Assembly (NCBI RefSeq): GCF_902459465.1
Contig: NC_047073.1
Coordinates: 310,001-374,000, forward strand
Length of the DNA: 64,000 nucleotides
Direction of reading: 5' to 3'
Source of the DNA: Asterias rubens
Lineage: Eukaryota
Below are positions 13,701-29,240 of this stretch, piece by piece. A program made the translations under genes and the position numbers. A model generated the notes under the pieces. The model was not told where the DNA came from. It saw only the letters and a list, made by a program, of their open reading frames with translations, and did not search any database. Positions within the stretch are counted from its first letter, which is position 1; every line of letters begins with the position of its first letter.

Positions 13701-16627
13701 AACATGAACAGGTTGCTTGTAACATAACTTCATAGTTCATTGGAAATACATAAATAGAGAGAAAGAGTCTGAACATCTGTTAAGATTGGTTTAGCGCATT
13801 ATAAATGCCAATAATTGTTATTATATTATTATTATAGAGTCAGAAAGCACACAGAAAACAAAAAAGGGGTTTAAGGGGTCTCCCTATTCATTGTCAAATG
13901 TTAAAACATTCAACAATGAATAATACTCCAGAGAAATATGTGTAGTCTGAAATACTTACAAAGCTTCTACCATTACTAGGTCATGCCTAAATAATAGATT
14001 CAATAACACCACAGGGGTATGTGTTACACAATATCATAGGACTACTAGGGCTTGGCTGAACACCTTACAGCAAACCCCTCCATATAAAGGCCCTAATATA
14101 ACAAACTTATTATTACACTTCACAATCGGTCCTACTACTTGCCGTCAACTCGCCGACTTGCCGTCAACTCACCGTCAACTCATTTTCGTGCCGTCAACTC
14201 ATTAAATTTACATGAAAAATCTATAAAAAGGGGGCACGGAAGTGTTAAGTCTGGGCTAAACTACATATTTCTCATGGTTTTCGGTACAAATTCATTCACA
14301 AAAACGACTTTGTGTTGATAACAAAAAAGTACCAATCATTGACATCTTGGGCCAAGACTAATCATTGTGAAAAAGCAAGATGGCGGCCGACAGTTTTTTG
14401 GCTTTGAGAATTTTTTTTCACGAGAAAAAAAAATCAATTTTTATTCCGAAATATGACCTAAAACTTACGCGAATGCTCTTTGAGCTGATACTTTACAGTT
14501 CTATGCTTCTTTTGTGGATTTTAAATGTATATTGGAGGAGTTGACGGCGAGTTGACGGCGCAAGTGAGTTGACGGCGAGTTGACGGCAAGCAGTAGGACC
14601 CTTCACAATACATCTACCTCAGTTGTCCACGTGGATTTTGAATGGCTTCTTTTAAGATTATGCTGCTAAGAGAGAAGCCAAACAAACATACAACTCAAAG
14701 ATTGGGGACAATGCTTGGATTATGTTTTTTTATAAAGAGGATCAAAGTTAGGTACCCGTGCTAAACTTACTTTTTGTGTGGAGATATTAATAGTATACAA
14801 AGCTAAAAAAAATTGAAATGCTTTTGCCCTACTGTGTTTAATAATCATCACTGATTAGGGGGTGAGTTCACTCATTCCTACCCTCAAACTTTAAAGAACC
14901 ATTATTCTTCAATTTCTTTCAATAAACTTGTTGCAAAAAAAAGAAAAAAAAAGTGAAAATTTTGTCCAAATAAATGCTTAATAATTCTGAACACTAGAGT
15001 TAAGTGGGTTTTCTTCAGGAAAGTGTAAGAAATAAGACTGTAGCCGACACTTTCAGACTGTGCGTTAACCTCTTGATTCTTAATTGCAAGGAAGGAAATA
15101 ATTATGGATGTTCCAATTGTCTTTATTTCCTGTCAAAGAAAAAGAGTCTATTCCAGGAAGGTAAACTCAATCAACAATACTGGCACAAAAAGAAAAAGAA
15201 AAAAACTTGGCCAGCTGAACGCAATCAACAATCCTTGCATGGCTTTCCTCCCCACAAGGACAATATTTTCACCTGGGCTTTTAATTCACTTCAACTCATG
15301 GACTATGTATGTCTCCATGTTGAAAATAACTCTTCATGCACATGTTATTTGGCTGTGGCTGCTGAAATGCACATTGCAAACCCTTATAAGGTGCTACATA
15401 ATTGGGTCTTAGAATTAAATTCAATTACCTATCTTTCTGTAAACAAGTATATATACTTCTGAGTGCATTTTAGTAGAAATGTGCGCTACATTATTAAAAT
15501 ACTTCAATACTATTACTATTTAATTATTAATAATTTTTGGTTTTTACCCATATACACCGATGTATGAAGCACTGTATACTCAGTACTTTCCCCGAGTCCT
15601 GTCTATTTGATTATTGTTTGACAGTGTGAAATTATTCCGTCCCAACTTTAAAATTGTCCCAACTGCAGTTAGGAATGGTCCCAACTTCTAAACAGACATT
15701 ATTCACAGAGCTGTTTGGGGTTATTGTCCACTGTTGACAACATTCCACATGACTGGCTGTGACAATAGCTCTGAGTAAACCATTGGCATATTTGGGAGAA
15801 AACTGGCTGTACAAAAGCCACTTCCTACCTCCATGATGCAGACAATGAGCAACAGGGAGCACTAGATGAAGGGTGGAATGTTAAGAGGCAAGACCAAGGC
15901 ATCTTTGAACAGATAAAATAACCATTAATATTTATGGGGTTTAGTATCTATTTTCTTCCTCCATGGTTAATCTGATGACACATGGGTGGTTACCTCCCCA
16001 TGGTGGTTACCTCCCAACCATCAAGAAGAATAGAACAAGGCTGGAGAGGGGAAAACACCCAAACTCTTGAGAGGGGAAAACACCCAAACTCTATAGACCA
16101 AACTGTATTATGTTGGTGTTTGTTTGAGACAAGCACAATGTTGTGACTCTGGACGGTCATACCATTTCCTTCCTCCATGGTCATACAGTAGAGGTTTGCT
16201 CTTAACGGGGGGGGGGGGGGGGGGGGGTAATAATATAAAAATGTAAGGCTCAAGTGCCCATTAACACACCATATCCTGATATCAGGTTAAGACAAACTTA
16301 ATTTTTTTCTCTAAAGATATTCCAAATCGGTATCGTTTTTTTGTCCAATCCGAAGGCAGTCCATGCGTGGAGGGAACTCCATGATCCACCCATACCACTC
16401 AGTTTAGATCACAACGAGTGATTTACACAAAGTGAACAAAGACAGGCAGGTCATTGTATTGTCTTTCTTGGTCAATGTGTGAGGCTGAAACACAAGTAAA
16501 CCTTCACATCACTGCACTAGACACCCTAGATCCCTAATCGAGGGAAGACTTATCATTACTACAGAATTTCACAACCTACCTTTCTTTCCAGTTCTGCAGA
16601 CAACCCATAAGATCTACCTTTATTCAT
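10501..16627 (-). CDS. Transgelin/SM22/myophilin-like calponin-family protein, copy 1 (6 coding exons, 198 aa; one CH domain plus one calponin-like repeat)
   Basis: Exons 16627-16580, 12702-12563, 12454-12385, 11796-11692, 11315-11283 and 10701-10501 all have GT-AG boundaries and compatible phases (0,2,0,0,0). Joined protein: [38 protein letters not shown]...[24 protein letters not shown]...[53 protein letters not shown]...[19 protein letters not shown]. The CH-domain and calponin-repeat signatures are diagnostic. Confidence 0.93.
11283..11315 (-). CDS. Transgelin-like copy 1, exon 5 (micro-exon)
   Basis: 33 nt, [21 protein letters not shown]. Confidence 0.85.
11692..11796 (-). CDS. Transgelin-like copy 1, exon 4
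   Basis: 105 nt, [45 protein letters not shown]. Confidence 0.92.
12385..12454 (-). CDS. Transgelin-like copy 1, exon 3
   Basis: 70 nt, [32 protein letters not shown]; too short for the ORF track. Confidence 0.9.
12563..12702 (-). CDS. Transgelin-like copy 1, exon 2 (CH domain start)
   Basis: CCAG acceptor, GTAAG donor, 140 nt; [18 protein letters not shown]...ALKDGVVLC. Confidence 0.92.
13636..13703. repeat. (AAAC)n microsatellite, ~17 units
   Basis: Direct read. Confidence 0.95.
14128..14600. mobile_element. Mutator-like (MULE) MITE with 9-10 bp TSD
   Basis: TIRs GGTCCTACTACTTGCCGTCAACTCGCCG / CGGCGAGTTGACGGCAAGCAGTAGGACC with repeated GCCGTCAACT sub-motifs; flanked by CTTCACAAT at 14118-14126 and 14601-14609. 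Confidence 0.8.
16580..16627 (-). CDS. Transgelin-like copy 1, coding exon 1 ([16 protein letters not shown])
   Basis: ATG at 16627, 48 nt, donor GTAGGT; matches the family N-terminal motif G.SYGL..E. Confidence 0.88.
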
Positions 16628-17446
16628 GATTATTTTTCTCGTGGACTTTACAGCAAGGTCTGGTTCAACCCAATCTAAGAATCCCAGCGATCAGTTTCAA
16701 AAGCGGTGGTTAATTCCTGTGTTCGGTAGTTAAGCAGTGTGCTTGTAAATGCTGTGCTCTCAGATCGAAATGCAGTCTCATGAAACGTGACCCATGTGTG
16801 ACCCAACACACACGCCCTCTCAAGATTAAAACCAAGAAACATCGACTGTTTTATGTTCCTTCCTACATAAATAACAAAACTAAAGTGGTCTCTCCTATAC
16901 ATCAAAAGTAACCAAGTTTAGTGTGTTTCTTTTGATCAAACAAATGATGCCTTGTTCCATTATTTTCGTGATGTAGCGAGAGTATAATAACACCTACTAT
17001 AAAGAAAAACTAAAATACACTCGTAACATAATTCCTCTATGGAGCACCATGGAGCAAGTTTATTGCTCCATGGGAGCACCCAGCCCCATTGTTGCTCATT
17101 AACTTACAATTCATGCAACAGTCGTCGTTAAAACAACACCGATTTTTGACGTATGAGGTTAGGCATTTGACCTTCGGGCCCGCCAAATACCGTTCTTTTC
17201 TTCAACTGTTTGTACAGCATTATGCAGCAATCTTCACATATTGATGCATACATTTTTGTGTTGCTAGGCTATTCTCAATGACTACTTTGAATTTTGTTCA
17301 GAGGCAGCAATAAATCGATGGGTTTGTCGCCTGAATGACACATGATGTTTTTCTCTTTCAAAATTGTTTACTTTACACAAACTAATAATATTTCATAATT
17401 GACATTTTTCTATAAGAAAAAATCTAAACATTTATTAGTGTTTTAT

Positions 17447-17937
17447 TCTGTCTTTAGCTTCTTTAGAGAGCCACTTTATTCTTCGTGGCTCCCGGGTGGA
17501 TGTTTTATATTTCCCCATCCACTTGGGCTTATCATTTGCTGTGTCGTAAACGGTGGAACAGCCCAGAGCGAGATTTGGTAAAGGGGTATTTTTGGGACGT
17601 ACTTGAAGTCATGGTGCTCAATATTTGAAGAAATTGGGCGTGAAGTAAACGTTTTAAAGTAATTATTCGCTTTATGCAAATCTTTAGTCACGTGAATTTA
17701 AAAAGTGAATAATTATTTTAAAACGTTTATTTCACGTCCGATTTCCTACTTGGGGCCCACCATGATTTCAACTACGTACCCAAAATACCACCCTGCCAAA
17801 TTTCAGTTTGGGTTATTATTTAGTAACAGAACACTAGGTCCAAAAGCCATATAATGTGGATGGAAATCTCTTGATAAGATACATTCACCCCGGGAGCCAC
17901 GATAACGAAGTGGCTCTCTAAAGAAGCTAAAGACAGA
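17447..17937. mobile_element. ~490-bp foldback/MITE upstream of transgelin copy 1
   Basis: Long inverted arms TCTGTCTTTAGCTTCTTTAGAGAGCCAC...CCCGGG / CCCGGGAGCCAC...GTGGCTCTCTAAAGAAGCTAAAGACAGA. Confidence 0.7.
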
Positions 17938-18639
17938 TGAAAAACGCTGAAGAAAATTGATACTTAAACTGATATGTAAATATCCATCTTCTGAAGTACG
18001 TCTAAAGAAACCATGTCATAATTAAAATCGTAGACAGACGTTTCAAACGAAACGTCACAGCGTGAATCGGTAGAACGTGGGCAACTCTGGGGAAAAAATT
18101 GAAGCGACATTCTTATTCCAATACATTGATATCTTATAATAATTACTATAACAAGCCACAATTTTCACAAATCTTATTGCCATTAATTTAGTACAGGGTC
18201 ACCATGGAAATTTTAGCCATAAAATTGTTACCAATCATTTATTTTTAATGTTTATATTTAACACATCGTGTACAAAACCTTCAAGGAATTAGTAGCCACT
18301 TATTTTTTTTACCAATCGTTTATTTATTTATTTGTGTAATAACGAAGTCGTGTACAAAACGCCTTGGGAACTAGGCTACATGGGAAAGAAACACAACTAG
18401 TATAGAGACCGTTTGACTAATCACATGATATTAGTTTGTCATTTGTTCTTTGCTCCAGATTATCAATGTGACATCCATGAGGATGTTCAGGAATTTCAAT
18501 ATTTCTATTGATTTGAGTAGCCAGGATATAAATTGAATTTTAAAAACAATAAATAAATAAATGAAATCAATAAACAAATTATTATTTGGGCCATTTTGTA
18601 CTTATGCTGGTTAATAGTGAAAATCCCAATTATTCTTTG

Positions 18640-18885
18640 AAACATCTTGTTTTTTGTACCTATACACCGATGTGTGTTAGCACTGTATACCCAGTACTTT
18701 CCCGAGTCCTGTGAACAAATATCGCAGGCATGTTACTCGGGTGGGATTCGAACCCACGACCCTTGCAATTCTAGAGCAGTGTCTTACCAACTAGACTACC
18801 GAGGTTGCCCAGTAGCTAGAGGCAGTTCGAATCCTTTGTTTTGGCAGCGGGTACCGCAACGATAATAAGAGATGTAAAATTTATG
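18640..18885 (-). mobile_element. Single copy of the tRNA-containing ~258-bp repeat
   Basis: Nearly identical to the 50247-50508 copy. Further fragments lie at ~115-200, 15535-15602, 39560-39760, 46075-46290, 60130-60460 and 61715-61830. Confidence 0.8.
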
Positions 18886-20966
18886 TTTTCAAATCCGTAA
18901 CAAAAGTTAAAAACGTTGACAGGTCCCCCAGAAGAGAGCGCCAGACCCCGTGCTTTGCGTTTCTCCTCTAGGGCACAACATGCGGCAAATACAAAAAAAA
19001 TGAATCAATCAACAAAATATCATTTGGGTCATTTGGTATTTAGTGAAAAATCCTTATTGTTGTTAGCATTATCTTCAATTACTAAATTTTCATTAGAATT
19101 CCGTAAAAGTAAAAACGTTGACAGGTCCCCCAAAAGAGGGCGCCATATACCCCGTGCTTCGCGTTTCTCCTTGACAGATATGAGGCAATGACCAGGGGTA
19201 ACACCCCCCCCCCCCCCCCCGTTGTCTTCGAGAAGCATGTGGACCGTTGAGCTGTGCATTTTGGAGTCACTTCCATCCAAAGCACAGTGTTTCATGTTTA
19301 TGTTTTCAATGTAGTATTTTGAAGGTCCAAAAAAACATTTTTTTTGTAGGCAAATGTTCGTTCGTATTTCACTTTTGATTAAGGTTTTCTACAGGTTTTA
19401 TAAAAGTGTTATAGAGCTGCTTCAGCAGAAAATAATTGCTTCTAATTAATGTTCTATCTTGTATGTAATGTCTTGACTGGTAAACTTATTCTGCGGAAAA
19501 GCATATCTTTGTCAGTGCCATTTTCTGTTTGAAGCAGCTCTATATGAAATTGAAGCTCGGCGGACACAGCAGACAAGTGCAAGATACAAACTTCACAAAC
19601 AAGACGGTCAGTGTAGAGTGCTTTTTAATGTCGAAAATAAGTTTGTGCATTATTATTCTACAAAAAAAAGGTCAAATAAACATTTATGGGCATACAGTCT
19701 GACTGGTATAGCGACTTCACCTGCCCGTTTTGTCCAAAGGTATAAAGGCATAGTCAACGGCAATCTTGGTCTCAAATCCTAGACTAATCCAGACCTTAAC
19801 ATTTAAATTGAAACTAACTGATGTCTTAACAAAAGAAGAATAGAAATAGCTGCAAACTGCCGATTTACAATGACATTTCGTGTAAATAATAATTAAAGAG
19901 TCTTTGATAACAATCTGAGGGTGACAAAGGAGTGGTATTTCCAAAACAAAACAAAACTGGAGCTTATATAAAAAACTATAACCACAAATCAGATCGATGA
20001 CAAATAAATGCAAGTCAGTAGTCTTTTTGTAAAGCTTATGATTTGTGGCATGTTTTACTCCCACAGCCAACGTAATGAGAGAAGATACTGATTTGTTCCT
20101 CTCCGATGTGAATCTGTTTGGACTCTTGTTTTTATGGGAAGCCCTTTTGTAACCTTTTCGATAAAACCAAAGATAGTGACACAAGTTAAGGCTCAAACCG
20201 ATAATATACATTAGCTGTATAAAAAGGTAAAGTTTTGAACAAAATATTTAACATGTTGTATGAAAACAGCTACAACTAACCCAACAAGAAAAATACTATG
20301 ATATAAATATGCAAGATAATTATTTTAAGGCCAAAGTGAAATCTTTTCCTTTATTTCTAGTTTTCAATTCAAAGTCTGTTCAAAATAAAAGTGTTTGTAA
20401 AGAAAGAAACAAATTCGCCCTTTATATTCACACAATCTTGAACTTTACTTGGTGTGTGTTTTTAATAAAGAATACTTTATAAATGAATATAAATGAACCA
20501 GAATAAACATTCAAGCATCAGTTAGGTGCAATTGATTTGACCAGAAGAAACAAAATGCCAGCACCGTAGTTTTATTATGCGATTGAACATGTTAAGCTTT
20601 AATCATAGAGGGCGCTATGTATATTAATACATCTCCATCAAAATCTATTGAGTTTTGTCGCAAGTCGTTTCGTACTGGCGTGTTGTTTTACAACACAACA
20701 ACATGAAGATTGTACAGTTCAGTGTATACTCAATAGCAAATAATTATTTCAATTTTATTTATAAACACTCTGAACAGTAGAAATTAAACTAAAACTAAAA
20801 CAGAAAAACCCTGTTCTCTCTCAAAACTAGAATTTCTTCAACCATATTTCGTATAAACCTAAAATGCAACGCGGTTTAATTGGCTTCAAATGAAAACAAA
20901 AAACTATCCTGTTTTTTGTTGTCTCTATGCATGTTTTTTTACTTCTTCTTTTTCTTGAAACACCAC

Positions 20967-24277
<3,311 letters not shown>

Positions 24278-27200
24278 CTTGAAAGGTTCAACAAAACAAA
24301 ACGGAAGGTAAGTTGTGTTTAAATGTAGAAATGTGTGCCCATCCCCCCCCCCACCACCGGAGATTCTGCCCCCCCCCCTCCCAAAGCGTACTGATAGCGA
24401 GCCTGAACGCCTGAGGTCTCTCTTCGAGGCTCGTGAATAACGCCAGAGACCGGCCTAAACAAATTGCAAAACCGGCGTGTATAGTTTGACTTCTGACCTC
24501 GATCATTTCACATAGAGATACGCTGTCAACTTCAATTGCGGACGTGACAGCAGCGACTATTTGGGCATTATGTCACTGCACGTATACAAAATGATGATTG
24601 TATCCAATGGAATCACTGGAGATGACAGCGGGGACATGTCTTTATCCTTACTCATATTGCATCAATAGTCGATAAAACTGGCCCTAAAAACAACAATATT
24701 GTTTCTCTGTAAAAAAATGTTTAAACACAAAACAAAACTCAGTCAATGAGAGCTCTGGGACAAAACAATAGTATTTAGAGAATGGCCAGAGCCATGCCTA
24801 GAGAATTAATTTGCTCTCTTACTGTTTTTACAGTAAATATGCAAATTAAAAGTTGGATCCGACATATGAACGCTTAGGGCACATTCAAAAAAGGAACACA
24901 AGTCACATTTTTGAAACTATTTTCAAAACGACTCGTAATGGTAGTGTCGCGTATACGAACATATACGAATATGAACCGCCCTCTCGGAACCGGTTTAAAC
25001 TGGGACTTGAGAGCCGTGATCCCAAGCGACTGGAACGGGACACCAAGCACGCTCCGTATAAGACGACACTACATGGGGATTGTATATAACCTTATCTAAA
25101 TTGCACATGAAACATATCTCCTCCCCGTTCTCAACACAAATACCAACTTTTGTTCCACCAAAATATCACTTTGTAAGAAGGTAAAAAATATACAAAGAAA
25201 CCTATCATCAAAGTTTCTTCAACTCTATTTAAGACACCCTTTGGGGGCTCCATGTGACCCAGTTTGGCAGACGAACACGTACAATGCTTTGAGTCAAAGA
25301 TCAATCTTTGGGTTTAAATTCATGTGACGCCTAATAATAATATAAAGTATTGAACACTACAGCTTAACTTAAATATATTCTAGAGCTGACAAAATAGTCG
25401 TATATAGACAGCTAGTGTTCAATATTATTAATGAAACAACAAACAGGTTAATTTTTTTTTACCAGTTGAACGGTAAAACGTTATTTTTGAGTTTGTTTCC
25501 CAGTTATTAGTAAAGCTTTTATAGTGGTTGACCTTGAGTACAATGCAATAATGACCTTGTTCTAAGGTTAAATTGCAGAGTTATCAGATAACAAGTGGAT
25601 CACCTTGGGAATCCATTGATTTTTCCACTGTCAAGCGACAAGCCACTGATTGTCAGTGTCCTCGTTATCAGTCGCCAAACAGCGTCCGTTGGCTGTCGTG
25701 TAGTATAATGAATGTCACAAAAAATAGGCACAACTTGGTGTTAGGCATAGCAGTGGTAACCTGAACTCAAACTACTAATTTTACTGCAAATGCAAGGTTG
25801 GTTGTCGATTGTTTTTGAACGTGGTGTAAACAAAAGAATGTCATAATTCAAATAAAAACAGCGATGTATTCAGAATTCATTTAAATATCAGACTCCTTGA
25901 AGTCACTTATAAGATTCACCCAATTGGAACCCAATACAGTTGTATATTTAATACCATACAATCACCCCTCTTACAATGAACTTCCCAATAGTAAAAGCAA
26001 AGCAAGCATTGTATATATATCTCTTATATTAAATTTACTAAGTTGAAGTCAAAACATTTTTTTATATATAAAATGGCAATGACCCGAAGACTCGTTATAC
26101 ATTTTGGGCCATAATGTGGACAGGTACTTGGTTTTACCATATCTCTCACTGGGCTGTTTCACCAAATATCATTGAACACTTCTCATTGTAACAACTAGCA
26201 AAAAGGAGAGACTATTATTACCATGACCGACCGTTCCATTGTGCTGTTGACTGTATGTGTAAGAAGGGACTGCGAAAAATAGCTGTTACTAAATGACCTG
26301 TAATAAATAGTAACAATAATAACTGGACTTGAGTCCATTCTGTTGGAATGATTGATTCACTAGTTTCAGCGACCTGCTCTTTATTTTCGGATTCTCTCAC
26401 GTTGTCATGAAACGTGAATTCCTAATTTGTAAAGGTAACTATACTACATGAAAAGTGACCCAAAAAAATTGTTCGAATCTGCAAAATATTAGTTAGATTT
26501 GGAATCTACTAGCTGATTTGAACGTGTTCGCATTTTTACAACTTCAAGTTTAAAACTGTATAAAAAGAACAGACAACAACTAATTAAGCAAAACAACAAC
26601 ACCCGCCAGACAATTACACCAAACAGCAACCAGAAGCTCCCCCTAAAAAGAAAACCATTTATAAAAACATTTAGGAAAAAATACTTTGCGGCAGTACTGT
26701 AACATCAGCAGAAAATACTGCCGATTAATATCAACAACGATTATAAAATAACGGTCAACTTACAACTTGTTTTTTAAAACAGTCTATATACATTCCCTTA
26801 AAACATCCCCATAATTTGCAAACAAGCTTCAAGTAACAATGCACAGACAAAGTGCAAGTGCATCTTTAAACCAATGGTGAATATCTTATCTTAAACATAA
26901 AACACCGGTATCTAAATAACGGACAGCCAGAAAAACAGTTTAAATGTAGATGTATGTCACAACAAGGAAGTGGTTGCCATATAGACACACGTAAAATAAC
27001 AAGTCTACTTCCTTTGGTAAGTGGTCCAACCTTTGTTTACATGGTGGGATATGTGTATTATTAAAGAGGGGGATGAACTTCAGTTTTCTGTCCGACTCCA
27101 AAATAGTCATCAAATTGGTTTATAGAATGGACCTACCTCAAAGAATAGCCCGGTGTCTTTTGGACACCCTGTTTTAAAATGCTGACACCCGTTTAATCTG

Positions 27201-29177
27201 CCATTTACGTGCAATTTGTAATGTAAGTGACGATTTGGACACCCAGTTTCCAGCCTCTTACCAAATTTTGCATAAAAACCTTGTCCCAATGATCATTATT
27301 AAAAGTTGAAGTTTACATCTCCATTTGAAACTACAAACCTCTGGGCAAGGGTTAAACCCTGAAGCTGGGTTCCCAAAGGTGCCCCACCCACTTGAGGGGT
27401 TGAGGGTCACAGCGGTGTCCAATGTCATGTTGTTTTTGACTTGGGTTCCTCATCAGAATATTTCGTTTAGTTCAGTCGATGCAGTGACCTTTGCTACGGT
27501 TTTTATATTTCAAGTTTTAGACATCAATGTAAACAACACAAGGGTCACGATTAATAGCACAAAATGATCCAATTTCACAGCTGCTTATAAAGCAGTAAGT
27601 GTTGCTTTAACAAATTTAAGCAGGATACCGTGCAGTCACAGACTGCACAGGACATAACATGTTGGCTGGCAACCTTATCTTGGTAAGCAAAATTAATTTG
27701 CGAAGGTTACTTTTTTTGCTTATTTTTTTATGCAGTAAATTGGACACAGGATCCAAGAGTACACTGTGACATTATCTTAAAATTCTTTGTGATTCAGGGT
27801 TGGGGGGGGGGGGTGGTACTGGTGGATATGATTGTACAACCCCTTTAAATCGGTTAAGGGTATAAACCATGCGTGCAAAGCCATGATAACAATTAGCTCC
27901 ACACCACAGACATGCCAACCGGAAAGTTCTCTCTTTATCGTGCAAAGAAATTGTCGCAAATAAGCTCATCGCTTTACCGAATATCCGGTCAAAATGGGCC
28001 AAGTCTGGCTGATCATATTCAGTAAAATGATACACAGACATGACCTGGACAAAATAGGAGCAGAAAGATTCCAGTATTAAATGGACTTTAAACAAGCCAA
28101 AGGTCAAGAATCCCTCCCGCCCCCCCCCCCCCCCCAGAAAAACCAAAAAAACATGAAAGTCTTACAAAAAGAAATACACGCAGGCCGAACATGTAACTCT
28201 TGAAGATGTTATTTTTTTTAAAAGATTATGTTAGTGCTTTAGAAGCAGTACGAGATAATTAATATATGACGTCTTGGTAGTCAGGCTGGCAAATTACATT
28301 CAAATTTAATAACACGGATCACTGATCATAATAATGATCAACCAAACATACGTCCACGAATCGGGATACAAATCTTACAGAGTGACCTGATTTTTTAATT
28401 ATATAATTATATAAATTAGCAGCTAAATGGACAGTATTCTAACTACTGGTGAAAACTCATGGACAAGCTGCTCAAAATGGATGAGTTGGGACCATAAGAT
28501 AGTTAACACTAAGACTATATGGCCCAATTTCATAAAGCAAAACATTACGGCATGACAAATTGTTTCGCTAAGAAAATCTGAATAGGGCACTATAGCTATA
28601 TCAGCAATAACCTAATGTAATTTTGGCTGGTAATCAATACTTGTCTGTGCTTAGCAAGTTTGTGTGCTAAAATGCTTTATGAAATTGGGCCATGTTTGTT
28701 AAAATAATACTGTAGCCTTATATATACAAATTTCTCATCCTTCATTACCTCCTGTCGATTGGTGACAGAGGTTTGAGCTAGCCTCATATCCCAATCACGT
28801 GTCTCTTTAAAACAACAATACACATGTATCGGCCTACAATGCATTCAAAAGGAAACGGAATTGCAACGGAACAACACTGTTATGTTATCCTCATATAATA
28901 AATAGGCGTCGCCGGATTGCCATATAAATGACGGTTTATGAGCGGCAAGCATGTTTACCTCTATCGTGGGACTCAAAATGAAGACCGTTAAATTATTATA
29001 ATATTCAACCACGAAGCTAGACATTATCCTTCCATGATTTAACAATGCAACATTGGTTGCTGGTATGATTTTGCTTACATCGGGAAATAAAACGAGTTGA
29101 GTGTAATATGCCTGTGCAGTGTGTGTGCTGTGGAGGTGCTGCACCTCGGCTAAATTTGACCGGGGATAGACGGTCAA

Positions 29178-29240
29178 ATGCCGCCAACCCCGAGCCAGAT
29201 CAAGGAGCAGCTGCTCAAGGCAACAGACCAAGATGCCAAA
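29178..29240 (+). CDS. MED26: MED26 exon 1
   Basis: ATG at 29178, 63 nt, strong donor AAA/GTAAGC; not in the ORF track. Confidence 0.85.

Noticed and set aside
15004-15462. 152-aa plus-strand ORF
   Set aside because: Antisense within transgelin intron 1, Lys-rich from A-runs, and its end overlaps a SINE 3' fragment.
19717-20211. 164-aa minus-strand ORF
   Set aside because: No recognisable motif or splice context; it lies in the likely 3' UTR or intergenic region after transgelin copy 2.
24301-24316. Strong plus-strand donor (GAAG/GTAAGT) as evidence of an antisense gene
   Set aside because: A single site with no matching acceptor or coding signal; it is simply the reverse of the pyrimidine tract upstream of transgelin exon 2.
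27772-28146. 124-aa minus-strand ORF as the missing transgelin N-terminus
   Set aside because: It is bounded by poly-G runs, shows no similarity to the family N-terminus, and ends in a stop.
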